This document shows positions 17,632 through 26,719 of a stretch of 64,000 nt of DNA, piece after piece. This stretch comes from a virus. Positions within the stretch are counted from its first letter, which is position 1; the number at the start of each line of letters is the position of its first letter. Below the pieces are notes generated by a model, which did no database searches, was not told where the DNA came from, and saw nothing but the letters and a program-made list of their open reading frames with translations. The translations under genes and the position numbers were made by a program. The stretch lies in the UHGV virus genome UHGV-0289908; one strand, 5' to 3'.

Positions 17632-18321
17632 ATGGCAACACAAAAGAACAAACGCAAGTCTTGGACTGCAACAATCAAACGTTGGTTTGGGATGAAAGCA
17701 GAAGCAGCTAATGACGCAATGGACGGAATGGTGGATTTAGAAGTCCAATTAAAACGCAAGAAACGTGAATTATTAGAACGACGAGATGAAATCCGCAACG
17801 GAGATAACATGAGTCAAATCTTAGGTTTAAAAGCTCAGTTAGAGAACGACCTAATCGCAGAGCGTCGCAAGTTCGAACAGTCGAAGTACATTGAAACAAT
17901 TCGTCGCTTACGTGACACTGGTCAAACAGAACAGGCTAAACGATTATTAATCGAGAAGAACCAAAAAGAGCAAAAGATTGAAACTCTTGTTCAACAGTTG
18001 GCAGAAGCAACAAATGCAGAAACTGAAATCTTACGTCAGTTAGACATCTTAGACCGCAACATTGCTCAAGCTACGGCAGAGTTAGACGAGTTCCAACGAC
18101 GCAATCAAATGGCACAACAAACAGAAGCTATCTACGACGTATTAAACAGTGTTACTGACATCAACACAGGATATGACGCAGACGGAATTCATGAAGCTAT
18201 TGCAGAGCGTGAAAGAGCAGCGGCAGGACGACGCACGTTATATAATAATGCTAATGTTGCAAACAATGCTCGCTATGACGCAGAGATGTCTTCTCTTGAT
18301 GACGAATTAGCAAACTTATAA
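17632..18321 (+). CDS. Coiled-coil protein, function unknown
   Basis: Long heptad-like charged helices. RBS 'CAAAGGAGAGATGAACATG'. Confidence 0.4.
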   Translation: MATQKNKRKSWTATIKRWFGMKAEAANDAMDGMVDLEVQLKRKKRELLERRDEIRNGDNMSQILGLKAQLENDLIAERRKFEQSKYIETIRRLRDTGQTEQAKRLLIEKNQKEQKIETLVQQLAEATNAETEILRQLDILDRNIAQATAELDEFQRRNQMAQQTEAIYDVLNSVTDINTGYDADGIHEAIAERERAAAGRRTLYNNANVANNARYDAEMSSLDDELANL

Positions 18322-18366
18322 TACTTAACATACTATTAAGAATACATACTCAAGGAGAGATTAACT

Positions 18367-18909
18367 ATGGCAATTAACTTAGAAAAAGGAAATGGAATTT
18401 GTTTAGATAAAGGATTATCACGTGTAGCATTCACAGTAAGTTGGGATACAAATGAAGATGTGGACATCTCAGCCATGTTATTAGAAAATGGTCGTGGAAA
18501 ACGAGATACAGACTTTGTATTCTTCAACAACTTACAACATGAAAGTGGAGCAGTAAAGCACAGTGGAGACATTCGTAACGGAGCTCATGCACTTGGTGTA
18601 GATGATGAAGTAATTGACATCGACTTAAACAAAGTGCCTGCAAACTTCACCGAGATTGTCTTAGTAGCAGATATCTACAATGGAGCTTCTAAAGGATTGC
18701 ACTTCGGTAAGATTGCAAACTCAACAGCTAAGATTGTTGACTTAGACACTAATCGAGTATTGGCTTCATTTAAGTTGGACAAAGACTTAATCGGTCAAAC
18801 AACTTGTGAGTTAGCCCGTGTGGTTCGTGACAATGGAGCATGGAAGTTTGAGAACTTATCTCATCCAGTAATGTCTCTAACAGGAGCATTGACTTCAAGA
18901 GGTTTTTAG
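18367..18909 (+). CDS. TerD-domain protein (tellurium-resistance / Ca2+-binding stress protein family)
   Basis: 'MAINLEKG...ISLDKGL...' start, 'DVDISAMLL', 'GDIRNGA..GVDDEVIDIDL', 'GASKGLHFGKI'. About 180 aa is typical for TerD. Confidence 0.7.
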   Translation: MAINLEKGNGICLDKGLSRVAFTVSWDTNEDVDISAMLLENGRGKRDTDFVFFNNLQHESGAVKHSGDIRNGAHALGVDDEVIDIDLNKVPANFTEIVLVADIYNGASKGLHFGKIANSTAKIVDLDTNRVLASFKLDKDLIGQTTCELARVVRDNGAWKFENLSHPVMSLTGALTSRGF

Positions 18910-19002
18910 TTGAGTAAAGGGCACTAATGCCACAGCACTTTACTGAGACAGAGTGGCAGTAAGGGGTCGTAATTGACCCCCTCTCTTAAAAGGAGGATGG
19001 AT

Positions 19003-19266
19003 ATGTTCTTTAAGAAGAAAAGCTACATTGACAAGGTTCGAGAGAAAACCCGACAAGGAAAGTTAAGAAGTGCAAGAACCGCAATATATGAGGTGCAGTG
19101 TTCAATAGAAAGAGCTTGTGAAGAAGGTAAAAGCAGTACAAAGGTGACCTATTACGGGGGCGACCAAGAGAGGGTTGAGTTTATCTCGCAATATCTAAGC
19201 GAACAAGGGTTTAAAACCTCCATTGACAAGGGAAGTACTTATGCAACCCTAAAAATTAGTTGGTAA
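19003..19266 (+). CDS. Hypothetical protein
   Basis: RBS 'AAAAGGAGGATGGATATG'. Confidence 0.35.
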   Translation: MFFKKKSYIDKVREKTRQGKLRSARTAIYEVQCSIERACEEGKSSTKVTYYGGDQERVEFISQYLSEQGFKTSIDKGSTYATLKISW

Positions 19267-19278
19267 ACTTATACTTTT

Positions 19279-19806
19279 ATGCACATTGAAAGGAAGATGA
19301 AGATGAAAGAAACAACAATTATTAGCGGATTCCCTGGGGTTGGGAAAACAGAATTTTTTAAAGACCAAAAGTATCATGGGAGAGTATGTTTGGATAGTGA
19401 TAGTAGTGAGTTTAGTTGGGTAAAAGATGAAAATGGAAATAATACAAAAGAAAGAAACCCAGAGTTTCCAAATAATTATATAAAACATATTAAAGAGAAC
19501 ATCGGTAAAGTTGATATTATATTTGTGAGTAGTCATGACGTTGTTAGAAAAGCGTTAGAAGAAGCTGATGTTAGATATGTATTGGTTTACCCAGAATTAA
19601 CAGCAAAAGATGAATATGTTAGAAGATACCGACAACGAGGTAACAATGATGGTTTTATTAAATTTATTAGTGATAATTGGGATAGTTTTATAAACGATAT
19701 GAAGAATGAAACTTTTCCATACAAAAAGGAATTGAAAGAATGGCAATATCTATCATCAATGGGAGTTGTTTTTAGTTGTGAGGTTGCAGGGTATTGTGAA
19801 TGTTAA
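19279..19806 (+). CDS. P-loop NTPase / putative nucleotide or polynucleotide kinase
   Basis: Walker A 'GFPGVGKT'. About 170 aa. Noticeably AT-rich, with AGA/AGG arginine codons. Confidence 0.45.
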   Translation: MHIERKMKMKETTIISGFPGVGKTEFFKDQKYHGRVCLDSDSSEFSWVKDENGNNTKERNPEFPNNYIKHIKENIGKVDIIFVSSHDVVRKALEEADVRYVLVYPELTAKDEYVRRYRQRGNNDGFIKFISDNWDSFINDMKNETFPYKKELKEWQYLSSMGVVFSCEVAGYCEC

Positions 19807-19852
19807 AAGTGAATAAAATTTAATTTTTAAATACATTTTGAGGAGATGATTT

Positions 19853-19996
19853 ATGAGATACTTGAAAAACTTCTTGGTTAATTTGTTTACGATAATCGGT
19901 GTTTGGATAATTCTAATCAACTGGTTTGGTTTTAAAGTCCTATTAACCATCCCAGAGTTTTGGTGGGATAAGTTTAAAAATAAATTTATGAGGTGA
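19853..19996 (+). CDS. Small membrane protein
   Basis: Hand-translated 'MRYLKNFLVNLFTIIGVWIILINWFGF...'. Confidence 0.25.
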   Translation: MRYLKNFLVNLFTIIGVWIILINWFGFKVLLTIPEFWWDKFKNKFMR

Positions 19997-20001
19997 TAAA
20001 A

Positions 20002-20151
20002 GTGGAAGAATTTGATTTAGTTACTTGCGAACTTTGTTTTTGGAATGATGTTGACTCTGACGTTCAGTGCGAGAAGTGTGGAAGATATTTTTGTGAGGAC
20101 TGCGGTTCTTATGGTGAGTGCATTTGCAACAATTGTAAAGATGGTAAATAA
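20002..20151 (+). CDS. Small double-CxxC zinc-ribbon protein (paralogue a)
   Basis: 'CELCFW...CEKCGRYFCEDCGSYGECICNNC'. Confidence 0.3.
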   Translation: MEEFDLVTCELCFWNDVDSDVQCEKCGRYFCEDCGSYGECICNNCKDGK

Positions 20152-20184
20152 AATTAAATTTTTATACAGAAATGAGGTTAAAGA

Positions 20185-20364
20185 ATGAACGAACGTATAT
20201 ATAGTGGTGAAGTTTGTGACTTTTGTGCGAATTGTTTAACAATACTTAATGAGGGTGATGAGTATATAAGATGTGAAGTTTGTGGGGACTTATATTGTGC
20301 AGACTGTATTAGAAAAAACGAGATTGGCGAGTATGTTTGTATTCGCTGTGTTGAAGAAGAATAA
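20185..20364 (+). CDS. Small double-CxxC zinc-ribbon protein (paralogue b)
   Basis: 'CDFCANC...CEVCGDLYCADC...CIRC', same arrangement as the previous ORF. Confidence 0.3.
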   Translation: MNERIYSGEVCDFCANCLTILNEGDEYIRCEVCGDLYCADCIRKNEIGEYVCIRCVEEE

Positions 20365-20585
20365 GTAAATAAAATCAGAAGTTAACAGACATTTAAGGAG
20401 TGGTAAAATGGATTTTAATAAGTGTCATATTGAACTACTTGTAAGAGCATTAGACCATTATAAGTGGTATCAAGTGATTTCAGATGAAGAAAAAGAAGAG
20501 TGTGTCAGAATAAAACGCATTCTTCAAAAGTTATATAAACAAATTGATGGCAAACAAAATTAGAATTTTAAAGGAGACGATATTA

Positions 20586-21287
20586 ATGGCTATTAACTTA
20601 ACTAAAAATCAAGGAATTAACTTAACAAAAGATGTTGAAGGGGTTGAAGAAGCATTAAAGACTATTAAATTAGGATGTGGATGGCAAGCGTCTGATTCGG
20701 GCTATGTAACTATTACACGAACAGTAACGAAAACTCGTCGCACTGGAGGATTCCTTGGATTTGGTGGAACGATTGAAACTTACGAAGAGCCAGCAACTGA
20801 GGAAGTGTATGTAGGAAACATTGATGTAGACGCTTCGGTATTTGCCTTCAAGAATGGAACATTAGTTGGAGAGTGTACATTCCGCAATCAAACAATGAAG
20901 AATCGAGTAGGTAAAACTGTTGCTAAATCAAGCGGAGATGACACAGTGGGGTCTCGTGGTAAGAACAAGAGCGACAATGAAACAGTTACCATTAACCTTG
21001 AGAATGCTGTTGGATTTGCAGATACATTATACTTAGCATTAAACATCTTCCAAGCGAAGAGCAAGGGTCAGCACTTCAACATGATTAATAATTCTTATGT
21101 GCGAGTGTATGATGACAAAGGTATTGAGTTGGCATACTTCAACTTAGCAGAAGACTATGACAAGAAAACAGGAATTGTGGTCGGTAAATTAGTTGAACGA
21201 AATGGGAAGTTTGAGTTTGTTGCATTAGGTGACGGAGTGATTGTTAGCGACTTACGTGACTTAGCTTCAAAATCAAAACGATACTAA
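20586..21287 (+). CDS. TerD-domain protein, second copy
   Basis: Starts 'MAINLTKNQGINLTK' like the first TerD. RBS 'AAAGGAGACGATATTAATG'. The ORF-track start at 20544 is probably too far upstream. Confidence 0.6.
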   Translation: MAINLTKNQGINLTKDVEGVEEALKTIKLGCGWQASDSGYVTITRTVTKTRRTGGFLGFGGTIETYEEPATEEVYVGNIDVDASVFAFKNGTLVGECTFRNQTMKNRVGKTVAKSSGDDTVGSRGKNKSDNETVTINLENAVGFADTLYLALNIFQAKSKGQHFNMINNSYVRVYDDKGIELAYFNLAEDYDKKTGIVVGKLVERNGKFEFVALGDGVIVSDLRDLASKSKRY

Positions 21288-21373
21288 TACATATGAGGGG
21301 ATGACCCCCTCAACCTACTAAATGAGATACTTAGAATAAATACTATACTTAGAACAAAGGAGCAACTATACTT

Positions 21374-23944
21374 ATGAAGAATATTAATGGATTAACAAAC
21401 GCAGAAGTGGAATCGCAACGCATGCTATTTGGAGATAATAAGATTGCAGAAGCAGAACCAAAGAAGTTTTGGACAGAATGGTTGGCAAACTTTGAAGACC
21501 CAATGTTAAAATTATTAGTGGGAATTACAGTGTTAATGGCGGTAATCGCTGCCTTTGGATTCACAGAATGGTTTGAAGTCATTGGTATCTTAATCTCTGT
21601 GACAATCGTAACACTTATTTCAACAAAGACTGCAATGGTTTCAGATGGAGAATACCGCAAGTTAAAAGAAGAGAACTCTCATGAGACTTGTAAGGTATGC
21701 CGTAATGGACAAATTGAAATCATTGACACTAACGACTTGGTGGTTGGAGACTTTGTTTTAGTTCAATCGGGAGAGAAGATTCATGCAGATGGATTCTTAT
21801 ATGATGGGAACATTAAGGTAGACAACTCAGCGTTAAACGGTGAGTCAGATGAAGTTAAAAAGATTCCAACAGACTTCTATGACTTTGCAAATGGTGAAAT
21901 GACAGACTCTCACATGATGTTACGTGGAGCTTTAGTTGCTGACGGGGAAGGTGTTATGAAAGTAGCCAAGGTTGGAGCAAACACTATGATGGGACGTATG
22001 GCAGAAGAGATGACAGAAGAAGAGGTTGACTCTCCATTAAAAGTTAAGTTAACACACTTAGCAGAGCAAATCTCTAAATTCGGTTATATCGGAGCAGTAG
22101 TTATTGGATTAGCTATCTTAGGTAACTCAATCTTAAGTAACGGGCTACAGTCTTGGTTGGCACAACCATTCGCATTAATGGCTAAAGACGTGTTAAATGC
22201 CTTATTAGTATCAGTAACAATCGTAGTTATGGCAGTACCAGAGGGATTACCTTTAATGATTGCAATTGTATTAATGCAAAACACTTCAAAGATGTTGCAA
22301 CACAATGTATTAGTGCGTAAGGCAGTAGGTATTGAAACAGCGGGGTCATTAAACATCTTATTCTCAGATAAAACAGGAACTATCACTAAAGGTCAGTTAG
22401 AAGTAGTAAACTTCATTGACAAGGACGGAAACCAGTTTGATTCAATCACTGGATTAGACGAAGGTATGCAGAAGTTAGTTGCCACATCATTAAAGATTAA
22501 CAACTCGGCTATGATTGTAGACGGTGAAATCACAGGTGGGAACATGACAGACCGCGCTTTATTACAATATGTTAAAGATATTGAGCATGAAGATTTAAAG
22601 GTAGTAAAAGTGGAAACATTCAACTCTGCTAAGAAGTTCATGGCAACTCAATGTGAGACAGCAATGGGTCGTACATTAACGCTATACAAAGGTGCAGTTG
22701 AACGAGTATTAGACAAATGTATCAATATTACAGATGAAGAACGCAACAAAATCAACACTATTGTTGACGAAATGGCTAACAATGCAATCCGTGTACTTGC
22801 TATCAGTTATGCTCATGGAGAGTTAGTAGCAGGTGAATTATCACCAGAGATGAGCTTATTAGGGGTAATTGGTATCCGTGACGATGTTCGTCCAGAAGCT
22901 AAAACAGCCATTGCAGAAGTACAAAATGCAGGTGTTCAAGTAGTCATGATTACTGGAGACCGCAAAGAAACAGCAGTAGCAATCGCAAAAGACGCAGGAT
23001 TAATTACCAAAGACACAGATGTGGTATTAACATCAAGTGAATTACAGGACTTATCAGATGAAGAAGTAAAAGCAATCATTCCAAACTTAAAGGTAGTTGC
23101 TCGTGCATTGCCAACAGACAAGTCACGTATGGTTCGTTTATCACAGGAGCTAGGACTTGTAGCAGGGATGACAGGTGACGGAACTAACGACAGTCCTGCC
23201 TTAAAACGAGCAGACGTAGGGTTTGCCATGGGGTCTGGAACAGATGTAGCGAAAGAAGCAGGAGACATCATCATCTTAGATGACAACTTCAAGTCAATCG
23301 CAGACTCGGTGTTATATGGTCGTACTATCTATAACAATATCTTAAAGTTTATCAAGTTCCAATTAACAATCAACGTAGTAGCAGTATTTATTTGTGCAGT
23401 GTGCCCATTCTTCGGTATCCAAGAGCCATTAAACATTATCCAGTTGCTAATCCTCAATTTAGTAATGGACAGCTTAGGGGCTATGGCATTAGGTGGAGAA
23501 CCTGCATTAAAAGAGTACATGAATGAGAAGCCAAAGTCTCGTACACAATCAATCGTAGATAAAGCTATGATGATTCAAGTAGGTGCTATGGGAGCATTCA
23601 TGGCAGTATTAAGTTTATTATTCTTATTTGTTCCTATGTTCAAAGACATGTTTGGTCAAGCACATTTAACAGGATACTTCGCACTATTCATGTTGATGTC
23701 TGTATTCAATGGATTCAATGTGCGTAGCATGGATTCAAATGTATTCAAGGGATTAGATGAAAACAAAACATTCGCTAAGGTTATGGTTGCTATCGTTGCC
23801 ATCTTAGTAGTGTTAACACTCATTGGAGGAGAATTCTTATCAGTAACCCCAATGAACTTAGTGCAATGGGTTGTGGTGTCAGTAATGGCAGTAACAGTAA
23901 TTCCATTCGGAAGTTTCTTAAAAGGATTAATTTCGTCAAAATAA
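21374..23944 (+). CDS. P-type cation-transporting ATPase (type IIA, Ca2+-ATPase-like)
   Basis: 'DKTGTIT' phosphorylation site, 'MITGDRKETA', 'GDGTNDSPALKRADVGFAMG', an N-terminal cation-ATPase-N segment and about 8-10 TM helices. Confidence 0.85.
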   Translation: MKNINGLTNAEVESQRMLFGDNKIAEAEPKKFWTEWLANFEDPMLKLLVGITVLMAVIAAFGFTEWFEVIGILISVTIVTLISTKTAMVSDGEYRKLKEENSHETCKVCRNGQIEIIDTNDLVVGDFVLVQSGEKIHADGFLYDGNIKVDNSALNGESDEVKKIPTDFYDFANGEMTDSHMMLRGALVADGEGVMKVAKVGANTMMGRMAEEMTEEEVDSPLKVKLTHLAEQISKFGYIGAVVIGLAILGNSILSNGLQSWLAQPFALMAKDVLNALLVSVTIVVMAVPEGLPLMIAIVLMQNTSKMLQHNVLVRKAVGIETAGSLNILFSDKTGTITKGQLEVVNFIDKDGNQFDSITGLDEGMQKLVATSLKINNSAMIVDGEITGGNMTDRALLQYVKDIEHEDLKVVKVETFNSAKKFMATQCETAMGRTLTLYKGAVERVLDKCINITDEERNKINTIVDEMANNAIRVLAISYAHGELVAGELSPEMSLLGVIGIRDDVRPEAKTAIAEVQNAGVQVVMITGDRKETAVAIAKDAGLITKDTDVVLTSSELQDLSDEEVKAIIPNLKVVARALPTDKSRMVRLSQELGLVAGMTGDGTNDSPALKRADVGFAMGSGTDVAKEAGDIIILDDNFKSIADSVLYGRTIYNNILKFIKFQLTINVVAVFICAVCPFFGIQEPLNIIQLLILNLVMDSLGAMALGGEPALKEYMNEKPKSRTQSIVDKAMMIQVGAMGAFMAVLSLLFLFVPMFKDMFGQAHLTGYFALFMLMSVFNGFNVRSMDSNVFKGLDENKTFAKVMVAIVAILVVLTLIGGEFLSVTPMNLVQWVVVSVMAVTVIPFGSFLKGLISSK

Positions 23945-23985
23945 TATAAAATAGATTGACAACATATGACAATCTATGATATAGT
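23941..23985 (+). promoter_or_regulatory. Promoter module (TTGACA 23956-23961, 18-bp spacer, TGaTATAGT)
   Basis: Consensus. Confidence 0.55.
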
Positions 23986-24097
23986 TTAAATGCACCTAGG
24001 AAATAGTTTTTGACAGTCAGTACCTACCATGGTAGGTATTGGCAATCAAGAACTGATTCAAAAAGAGAGAGTGAGTTCTTAATACTTGTTAGGAGAG

Positions 24098-25543
24098 ATG
24101 AACATGAATTATAACCACAGAAGTTTTATTTGGGATTGTGACGCTTACAAGCTAGGACATATGTGCCAGTACCCAAGCGACACAGAATATGTTTACTCAG
24201 TATTACAATTACGCAGTGACCGATACTTCACTGAGACACCGATTGTTGGGTTACAATACCTAATTAAAGAGTACTTAATGCAACCAATTTTAAAAGGTGA
24301 TGTCGAAGGGCTAATTGCAGAAGCAAAAGCAATGGGAATCTATCACCCAGATACTGAAACAAAGTTGATGGCTTTAGTAGACTTAGGATACTTACCATTA
24401 GAGATTAAGGCATTACCAGAGGGTAGTGTTGTGGGAATGCCAAATGCAGTGTGTACAATTCAAAATACCGTTGCAGGATTCCACTGGGTAGTAGGGTTCG
24501 TAGAAACATTATTGTTAAAATGGTGGTCAGCCTTAGCAACAGGAGCTTGTAGCTTAAAGTATCGTCGCATTGTTGATAAGTACTTTGCAGAAACATCAGA
24601 CAACGACTTCTTACGACCATTCGCTGTTCATGATTTTGGTTCACGTGGGGCAATGACTCCAGAGGGAGCAGCTTTTACAGGAATGGCTCACGCATTAAAC
24701 TTCGATGGTTCTGACACAATCGTATCAGCTCCATTAATTCGCAAGTTCTACAATGCAGAAGGAATGGTAATCTGCTCAGTGCCTGCTAGCGAACACTCTG
24801 TAATGTGTTCATTTGGACGAGAAGATGAAATTAAAGCATTTGAGAACATGTTAGATATTTACCCTACAGGGATTGTTTCAATCGTTTCAGATACATATAA
24901 TTGGTACAATGTTATGGATAACATGACGCTACAACTAAAAGACCGCATTATGGCTCGTGATGGTAAAGTGGTATTTCGACCAGACAGTGGTAATCCATAT
25001 CACATCATTTGTGGCGAGTACACTGATAAGACATTGAGAAAGTATTGTGAAGAAAGCTGTCAAACTCATGGCGGAATCCATATGTTAGATAAAATATTTG
25101 GTCACACAGTCAACTCAAAAGGATACAAAGTATTGGATTCACATGTAGGACTAATCTACGGGGATGGAATGTATTTAGAACGTTTCGAGAAGACGTTAGA
25201 AACATTAAAAGACCTAGGATATAGTGCGGAAAACTTAGTAATTGGGGTAGGTGGAATCTTACGCAATCACACTCGAGATACTTTAGGAGCGGCATTCAAA
25301 GCGACTTGCGTGTGTCGTGATGGCAAATGGATTCCTATTATGAAAGACCCTATCACTGACCAAGGGAAGAAATCATATCAAGGCTTTGTATCCGTCATCA
25401 AAGAAGATGGACAATATAAAACGGTCGAAGGTGGACATCCACAAGACTTATTACAAACAGTGTTTAAGGATGGACAATTAGTAAAAGACTTCACTTGGCA
25501 GGAAGTTAAAGACCGATACAATTCAGAGTTAGGAGACCGATAA
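24098..25543 (+). CDS. nadV: Nicotinamide phosphoribosyltransferase family protein (NAMPT/NadV-like; candidate Namat of the phage NAD+ reconstitution pathway 1)
   Basis: Blocks 'LPLEIKALPEG', 'HDFGSRG', 'NFDGSDT', 'PASEHSV', 'VSDTYN', 'RPDSGNP', 'NSKGYKVL', 'IYGDG', 'DLLQTVFKDGQL' align one-for-one with NAMPT signature blocks. Confidence 0.85.
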   Translation: MNMNYNHRSFIWDCDAYKLGHMCQYPSDTEYVYSVLQLRSDRYFTETPIVGLQYLIKEYLMQPILKGDVEGLIAEAKAMGIYHPDTETKLMALVDLGYLPLEIKALPEGSVVGMPNAVCTIQNTVAGFHWVVGFVETLLLKWWSALATGACSLKYRRIVDKYFAETSDNDFLRPFAVHDFGSRGAMTPEGAAFTGMAHALNFDGSDTIVSAPLIRKFYNAEGMVICSVPASEHSVMCSFGREDEIKAFENMLDIYPTGIVSIVSDTYNWYNVMDNMTLQLKDRIMARDGKVVFRPDSGNPYHIICGEYTDKTLRKYCEESCQTHGGIHMLDKIFGHTVNSKGYKVLDSHVGLIYGDGMYLERFEKTLETLKDLGYSAENLVIGVGGILRNHTRDTLGAAFKATCVCRDGKWIPIMKDPITDQGKKSYQGFVSVIKEDGQYKTVEGGHPQDLLQTVFKDGQLVKDFTWQEVKDRYNSELGDR

Positions 25544-25544
25544 G

Positions 25545-26390
25545 ATGAACCGACAGGATGTAAAACGATTAACAGATGATTTTCGTAGTAATATTTATGT
25601 CAAAACTGTCCATGGCATGACAGTGGTTGATTTAGACCAGTGGGGAGCAGGAGAGTATCGAGTGACCTATGATATTTGTGAAAAGTATGGGAAATACATT
25701 CATTTGTATATTCCATACGCTACAATGAGCACCCTAGAGAAAGCCATTGTGTTTACACGCTTTGCTTATAAGCAAGGGGCAAAACTGCGTACAACAATAG
25801 GGTATGTGGCATATGGACGACAAGAGCGAGAAACTGGATTAGAACCAGAGCTATTCTCTGTAGTCAAAGACATGATTGCACACCTTCACAACGTGCACAT
25901 CATTGACCCTCATAACATTCCTTCTGCCCTTGAGTATAACACAGAGTGGTTTTCTCCTAAAATCAACGATATGTTGCCAAGGGGGTTCTTAATTGTAGCC
26001 CCAGACAAGGGAGCTGACACTCGCAACAAGAAATTAAATCTGCACTCTGACTATGTAATTGAAAAGGTTCGTACAGTAGACGGAGTAAAATCTCGCATTA
26101 TAGAAGATGACACATTCACTGGAGAAGTGGTTAACGACCCTATAGATTTTATTATCTATGACGACATTTGTGATGGAGGTCGCACTTTTGTGAACGTAGC
26201 AGACATTATGAGAGCCAAGTATCCAAACTGCACCATCACGCTATGTGTTGCACATGCTATCCTGCCTTTTGGGACAGACCATTTAAAAGGTAAGATTAAT
26301 AAGATTATCACGTCAAACACATGTTTCCCTGCGGGAACCTATGATGATGGATTCTTAGATGTTTTAAATGCGTTAAATATCTTCTATTAA
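25545..26390 (+). CDS. Ribose-phosphate pyrophosphokinase (PRPP synthetase) homologue; candidate Adps (ADP-ribose pyrophosphate synthetase)
   Basis: 'LIVAPDKGADTR', 'IIYDDICDGGRT' (PRTase-type nucleotide loop), 'CVAHAILPFG'. Starts 1 nt after the NAMPT-like stop, so likely an operon. Confidence 0.75.
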   Translation: MNRQDVKRLTDDFRSNIYVKTVHGMTVVDLDQWGAGEYRVTYDICEKYGKYIHLYIPYATMSTLEKAIVFTRFAYKQGAKLRTTIGYVAYGRQERETGLEPELFSVVKDMIAHLHNVHIIDPHNIPSALEYNTEWFSPKINDMLPRGFLIVAPDKGADTRNKKLNLHSDYVIEKVRTVDGVKSRIIEDDTFTGEVVNDPIDFIIYDDICDGGRTFVNVADIMRAKYPNCTITLCVAHAILPFGTDHLKGKINKIITSNTCFPAGTYDDGFLDVLNALNIFY

Positions 26391-26397
26391 AAATAGT

Positions 26398-26447
26398 TAA
26401 AATATTATAAAATAATGCTTGACGAATCAAGTCGAGTAATGTAAAAT
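26398..26447 (+). promoter_or_regulatory. Promoter module (TTGACG 26419-26424, 17-bp spacer, TGtAAAAT)
   Basis: Consensus. Drives the structured leader that follows. Confidence 0.5.
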
Positions 26448-26455
26448 AAAAGAGT

Positions 26456-26719
26456 ACCAAGGCGGTTCACTTCGAACCAGTCTTGGGGAAGAGTATCACT
26501 CTCCTCCAATTACCCAATACAAAAACCCTCGTGATACTCTTCCCCAAGACTCTAACCCCCTACTAAGGGTCTTGGCGAACAACATTGATAGTTGTAAATA
26601 AAAATCTAAAAATGAATCTTTCCCCTCTATCAGTGTTGTTCTCCAAGAGTCTTAATAAGATTCTTGATGAGAGATTGAAAAATGAAAGGAGCGATACAAT
26701 GTATACACGGAGTGATTAA
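26456..26719 (+). ncRNA. Roughly 260-nt highly structured leader / candidate ncRNA with nested alternative hairpins built on GTCTTGG / CCAAGAC
   Basis: Perfect 20-bp inverted repeat 26480-26499 / 26531-26550. Overlapping 7-bp pair 26545-26551 / 26569-26575. Further 'CCAAGAGTCTT...GATTCTTG' at about 26643. No ORF over 30 aa. Confidence 0.4.

Noticed and set aside
17632-18321. PspA/IM30 assignment for the coiled-coil protein upstream of TerD
   Set aside because: Only generic coiled-coil character. No convincing match to the PspA N-terminal amphipathic helix.
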